64,000 nt of DNA from a virus (lineage: Duplodnaviria; Caudoviricetes): the IMG/VR virus record IMGVR_UViG_3300021387_001157, positions 129,841 to 193,840 of that record; one strand, written 5' to 3'. The notes under the pieces were generated by a model. It worked only from the letters and a program-made list of their open reading frames with translations. It was not told the origin of the DNA and made no database searches. Shown here piece by piece: positions 60,368-64,000 of this stretch. Each line of letters begins with the position of its first letter. Within the stretch, counting starts at the first letter, position 1. Made by a program: the position numbers and the translations under genes.

Positions 60368-61491
60368 TTTGTTAAGAAATCGATACATTTTTGTATCGTT
60401 CCTTCTTTGTCTTTTCGGTATTCTGATTCCCAGATAACCAAAACCTTGTATCCATGAGATTCGGCACATTTTATTTTTTCCATGTCGTATTTCCAAATTT
60501 CCTCTGCACTCATATTTTTTACTTTATTATATGAATTTTTATCATATATGTCTGGATTCATGTGCCAAAAGTCACCATTAAACTCTATAATTTTATTTTC
60601 AATAGTTAAATCATATGAGTAATGATTATTACTTTTATCAGAAATATACTTTTGTTTTTCTGGTACATCTATTTCTAAATATTCACATATTCTTTCTTTA
60701 CAATATTTTTCAAATTTACTTATCGGTGTTCTATTATCACCATCAAGTTCAAAAGAATTTTGTAAAGACTTTTTCCATTTTTCTTGTCTTTCATTCCATT
60801 TTTTTAAGCCTTCTTCTTCACCATATTTTTCTATACACCTATTAAGCGTGAATGTCTTTTGTCTTTCAGAAACTATCTTTTTTGCATCTTCTTCTGAATA
60901 CCCTTTTTTTATCCAATATCCAATTTGTGATGTCACACGGTCCTTTCTGTCATACTGACGATATGAATTTATTTTACTATCTATTTCATATTCACTCATA
61001 CCTTCATATCCTTTGAACGATTTTGAAAACGGTGAAATCGACTTTCTTTGTTCTTCCGTTGTGTTACATTTTGCATTGGGATTCTTTTCACCAGAAAATC
61101 TTTCGGAAAAAAGTTTTTTCATTTCCGGTCTATTCATGGACTTTGTGGTACTTTCAGAAATCATATTGTGTGTCTTTTCACATACAAGTTTGGCATCCGG
61201 AAATTCTTGTAAGTATTCCTCTATTGTCCTTCCTGGATGTCTTTCATTAAACCATCTTCCGGTAATTCTTGTAGTGGGAAGACCATTCCATCGGTCAATC
61301 ACATAATCCACGTTCTCCACACCTTTCAGCAGTTTGTTTTGTTTTGCAATAAGTCTCGCTTCGTTGTTTCTTTTTCTTTTTTCTTCTTTTACAATAATTG
61401 AACATTCATCACAGAAATGAACATAACCAGATGATGCTTCAAATTCTTTACCACATCTTTCACAAATTTTTTTACAGACTTTTTTACTCAT
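60364..61491 (-). CDS. free-standing homing endonuclease (Vsr-like PD-(D/E)XK)
   Basis: zinc finger; GEKNP repeat; YDL..IIEFNGDFWH..VIWE; ATGA overlaps at both ends. Confidence 0.8.
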   Translation of the reverse strand: MSKKVCKKICERCGKEFEASSGYVHFCDECSIIVKEEKRKRNNEARLIAKQNKLLKGVENVDYVIDRWNGLPTTRITGRWFNERHPGRTIEEYLQEFPDAKLVCEKTHNMISESTTKSMNRPEMKKLFSERFSGEKNPNAKCNTTEEQRKSISPFSKSFKGYEGMSEYEIDSKINSYRQYDRKDRVTSQIGYWIKKGYSEEDAKKIVSERQKTFTLNRCIEKYGEEEGLKKWNERQEKWKKSLQNSFELDGDNRTPISKFEKYCKERICEYLEIDVPEKQKYISDKSNNHYSYDLTIENKIIEFNGDFWHMNPDIYDKNSYNKVKNMSAEEIWKYDMEKIKCAESHGYKVLVIWESEYRKDKEGTIQKCIDFLTK

Positions 61492-62039
61492 AATTTTCTA
61501 TAAATTTTAAACAATATTGATTTTAACTTTGATAAAAAACCTTTTTTTCTTTCAATATAAATATCTTCAATATATTTATGAGACAAATTTCCATCATTTT
61601 GTGTATCTAACTTATTGAAAATCAGGCACTTACCAATTTGCCTGCAACTTAACGTAATATTGAAGCGATTTTTGTCGTATGCTTCCAGCATTTCTTCTTG
61701 GTAGTCTCTCAAAGTAAGTGGTTGGTAACCCTTGCTGCCTTGCAGACACCAGCAGTAATTATTTGCAAAATAGAAAATATCATTGGCACATTTTGTCAAT
61801 TCTTGTATTTCTTCAGGTGTATACTCAAAGACTATATCGGGATTCCTTATACCTATTTGACCGTCCAACCATGGGTTGTCTTTGTGAGCATAACCTTCTG
61901 AATATTCTTTCATCCATTCATCAACTTTCTTTGACGACCAGACTGTTTTTTTGTTTATATTGTTTGTGGATTTTATATTTTTTTTACCGACGGATATACT
62001 ACCGTCATCCTTAATTCTTCCCATAAATATATTATACAA
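61488..62039 (-). CDS. terL: terminase large subunit, N-terminal part with split-intein N fragment (61628-61491)
   Basis: YFANNYC, LRDYQ, Walker A RQIGK immediately followed by CLIF. Confidence 0.88.
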   Translation of the reverse strand: MYNIFMGRIKDDGSISVGKKNIKSTNNINKKTVWSSKKVDEWMKEYSEGYAHKDNPWLDGQIGIRNPDIVFEYTPEEIQELTKCANDIFYFANNYCWCLQGSKGYQPLTLRDYQEEMLEAYDKNRFNITLSCRQIGKCLIFNKLDTQNDGNLSHKYIEDIYIERKKGFLSKLKSILFKIYRKL

Positions 62040-62056
62040 TTTTAAATATTTATGTT

Positions 62057-62383
62057 ATGAAATACGTAATAGACAATAGAACAGGTGGAATGGTACAAAA
62101 AAGAGATGAAAGTATATATTTTGCCGGTAGTCAAGGTGGTGGTTTGATTGTTGATGACAAGAAAAATAATGTGAAATATATCATAGAAAGAGATGAAACT
62201 ATAACTTGGTTATTTTCAACAAGAAAGGACACACATCTTTATGATATGAGAGATGCAAGAATTATTGCAGACCGTGTATTAAGAAAATTTGGAGGTAAAA
62301 ACAAATATAAAGATTTTAGATATTTTGCAAAAGGGATGAGAGCAGTTGATGAGAGTAATGATGTTGAAAATAATAATGAATAA
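62057..62383 (+). CDS. hypothetical protein
   Basis: ORF. Confidence 0.6.
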   Translation: MKYVIDNRTGGMVQKRDESIYFAGSQGGGLIVDDKKNNVKYIIERDETITWLFSTRKDTHLYDMRDARIIADRVLRKFGGKNKYKDFRYFAKGMRAVDESNDVENNNE

Positions 62384-62385
62384 AA

Positions 62386-63210
62386 ATGGGAATACTTAAA
62401 ACTATAACCGAAGAATATTTCGGTGAGACATTAAGAGAAGAAGATATGATAGATTTAACGGGTCTAGATGTTGAAATAGTTTCTTTCACAGACAATAATA
62501 AAAAATATCATAGAAGAGGATATAAACCTAAAAATTTAAAATATTTGAGAAAATTATTGGAAAGAATGATTGAAGTAAGGGGCAACAAGGGTGACTTTAA
62601 TGATATAGATACTTCAGATATTAAATACATGAGTTTTTTATTTGAAGAAAACGGAAAGTTCAACGGTGATATATCCGGTTGGGACGTATCAAAAGTTGAA
62701 GATATGAGTTGTATGTTTCGTAAAGCAACATCATTCAACCAACATATTGGCAATTGGAATGTTTCAAGTGTTGAAGATATGTCTCATATGTTTGAAGGTG
62801 CAACATCATTCAATCAACCCATCAGTAATTGGAAAGTATCAAAAGTTACAAATATGAGTCATATGTTTTTTGGTGCAACATTATTCAATCAACCCATCAG
62901 TAATTGGAAAGTATCAAAAGTTATAAGTATGAGTTATATGTTTAAAAATGCAAAATCATTCAACCAACATATTGGTAATTGGAAAGTGTCAAAAGTTATA
63001 TATATGAATTCTATGTTTTATAATGCAACATCATTTAATCAACCATTTGAAAAATGGGATGTATCAAAGATTTATGATATGAGTTGTATGTTTAAAAGTG
63101 CTACATCATTCAATCAAGACTTATCAGAATGGGATTTAACTGAAAAAAATATAAAAAACATATTTGATAATTGCCCTATCAAAGACGAATACAGACCTAA
63201 AATGAAATAA
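62386..63210 (+). CDS. DUF285/BspA-like repeat protein
   Basis: same leader plus repeats. Confidence 0.9.
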   Translation: MGILKTITEEYFGETLREEDMIDLTGLDVEIVSFTDNNKKYHRRGYKPKNLKYLRKLLERMIEVRGNKGDFNDIDTSDIKYMSFLFEENGKFNGDISGWDVSKVEDMSCMFRKATSFNQHIGNWNVSSVEDMSHMFEGATSFNQPISNWKVSKVTNMSHMFFGATLFNQPISNWKVSKVISMSYMFKNAKSFNQHIGNWKVSKVIYMNSMFYNATSFNQPFEKWDVSKIYDMSCMFKSATSFNQDLSEWDLTEKNIKNIFDNCPIKDEYRPKMK

Positions 63211-63211
63211 T

Positions 63212-63904
63212 ATGGGAATACTTAAAACTATAACAGAAGAATATTTCGGTGAGACCGAAAGAGAGGAAGACAAAATAAACATAGAAGGTATTGATGCTGA
63301 AATAGTTTCTTTTACCGACAACAATAAAAAATTTCATAAAACTGGGTATAAACCGAAAAATTTAAAAAGTCTAAGAAAATTATTGAAAAGAATGATTGAA
63401 GTGAGGGGTGATGAAGGTGACTTCAATGATATAGATACTTCCAATATTAAAAGTATGGAATCGTTATTTGAAGATAATAATGCTTTTAACGGGGATATAA
63501 CCGGTTGGGACGTTTCAAATGTTATGGTTATGGATTCTATGTTTTATAGTGCAAAATCATTCAACCAACCAATAGGTGATTGGAAAGTATCTAGTGTTAG
63601 ATATATGAATAAAATGTTTTTTAATGCAACATCATTCAATCAACCTATTGGAAAATGGGACGTTTCAGATGTTAGAATTATGAGTTATATGTTTAAAGGT
63701 GCTACATCGTTTAACCAACCAATAGGTGATTGGAAAGTATCTAGTGTTATATATATGAATAAAATGTTTTTTAATGCAACATCATTCAATCAAGATTTAT
63801 CAGAATGGAATTTAATTAAAAAATATACAGACGATATGTTTATTAATTGTCCGATAAAAGACGAATATAAACCAAAGATGAAATATAAACTTAAGATGAA
63901 ATAA
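63212..63904 (+). CDS. DUF285/BspA-like repeat protein
   Basis: same leader plus repeats. Confidence 0.9.
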   Translation: MGILKTITEEYFGETEREEDKINIEGIDAEIVSFTDNNKKFHKTGYKPKNLKSLRKLLKRMIEVRGDEGDFNDIDTSNIKSMESLFEDNNAFNGDITGWDVSNVMVMDSMFYSAKSFNQPIGDWKVSSVRYMNKMFFNATSFNQPIGKWDVSDVRIMSYMFKGATSFNQPIGDWKVSSVIYMNKMFFNATSFNQDLSEWNLIKKYTDDMFINCPIKDEYKPKMKYKLKMK

Positions 63905-63905
63905 T

Positions 63906-64000
63906 ATGGGAATACTTAAAACTATAACCGAAGAATATTTCGGTGAGATGGTAAGAGAAGAAGATATTATAGACATAAATGGTCTCAATGTCGAAATAGT
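63906..64000 (+). CDS. DUF285/BspA-like repeat protein (truncated by window edge)
   Basis: MGILKTITEEYFGEMVREED start. Confidence 0.8.
   Translation, partial: MGILKTITEEYFGEMVREEDIIDINGLNVEI

Noticed and set aside
60368-60496. Upstream start of the terminase C gene given by the ORF track
   Set aside because: It overlaps the endonuclease by more than 120 nt; the ATGA-coupled start at 60367 (or 60358) is more plausible.
51053-63904. Diversity-generating retroelement behind DUF285 variation
   Set aside because: No reverse transcriptase and no template/variable repeat pair with adenine-specific changes is visible in the window.

Overview
AT-rich segment of a large (jumbo-type) tailed phage, most likely infecting Bacteroidales: TTTG-N19-TAnnTTTG Bacteroidetes-type promoters recur, as do T4-like (C/T)ATAAATA late-promoter motifs. 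Genes read in the standard code. The first 14.7 kb holds small minus-strand accessory genes. From 14.8 to 29.7 kb is an RNA island with about 36 tRNA genes, about 10 aberrant tRNA-scaffold RNAs, a circularly permuted two-piece tmRNA and a GOLLD-like large RNA. Two tRNAs carry group I introns (Lys-UUU, Leu-UAA) and two carry short non-group-I anticodon-loop inserts (Trp, Tyr); the Tyr insert contains a nested tRNA-like fold. Three tRNAs (Pro, Asp, Gln) carry a 46-49 nt insert at the same position in the anticodon stem. This insert contains a conserved stem+ACAGCAA module that also occurs as five free-standing, circularly permuted copies. From 30 to 44 kb is an RNA end-healing/sealing cluster (CCA enzyme, three ligase-family proteins, Pnk-like kinase, 2H phosphodiesterase, phosphoesterases) with NADAR and ClpP. 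From 48 to 64 kb are late genes: DnaJ, baseplate proteins, a DUF285/BspA-like repeat paralog family, and a terminase large subunit fractured by an atypically split intein around a free-standing endonuclease. All calls were made by eye; no database searches were run.
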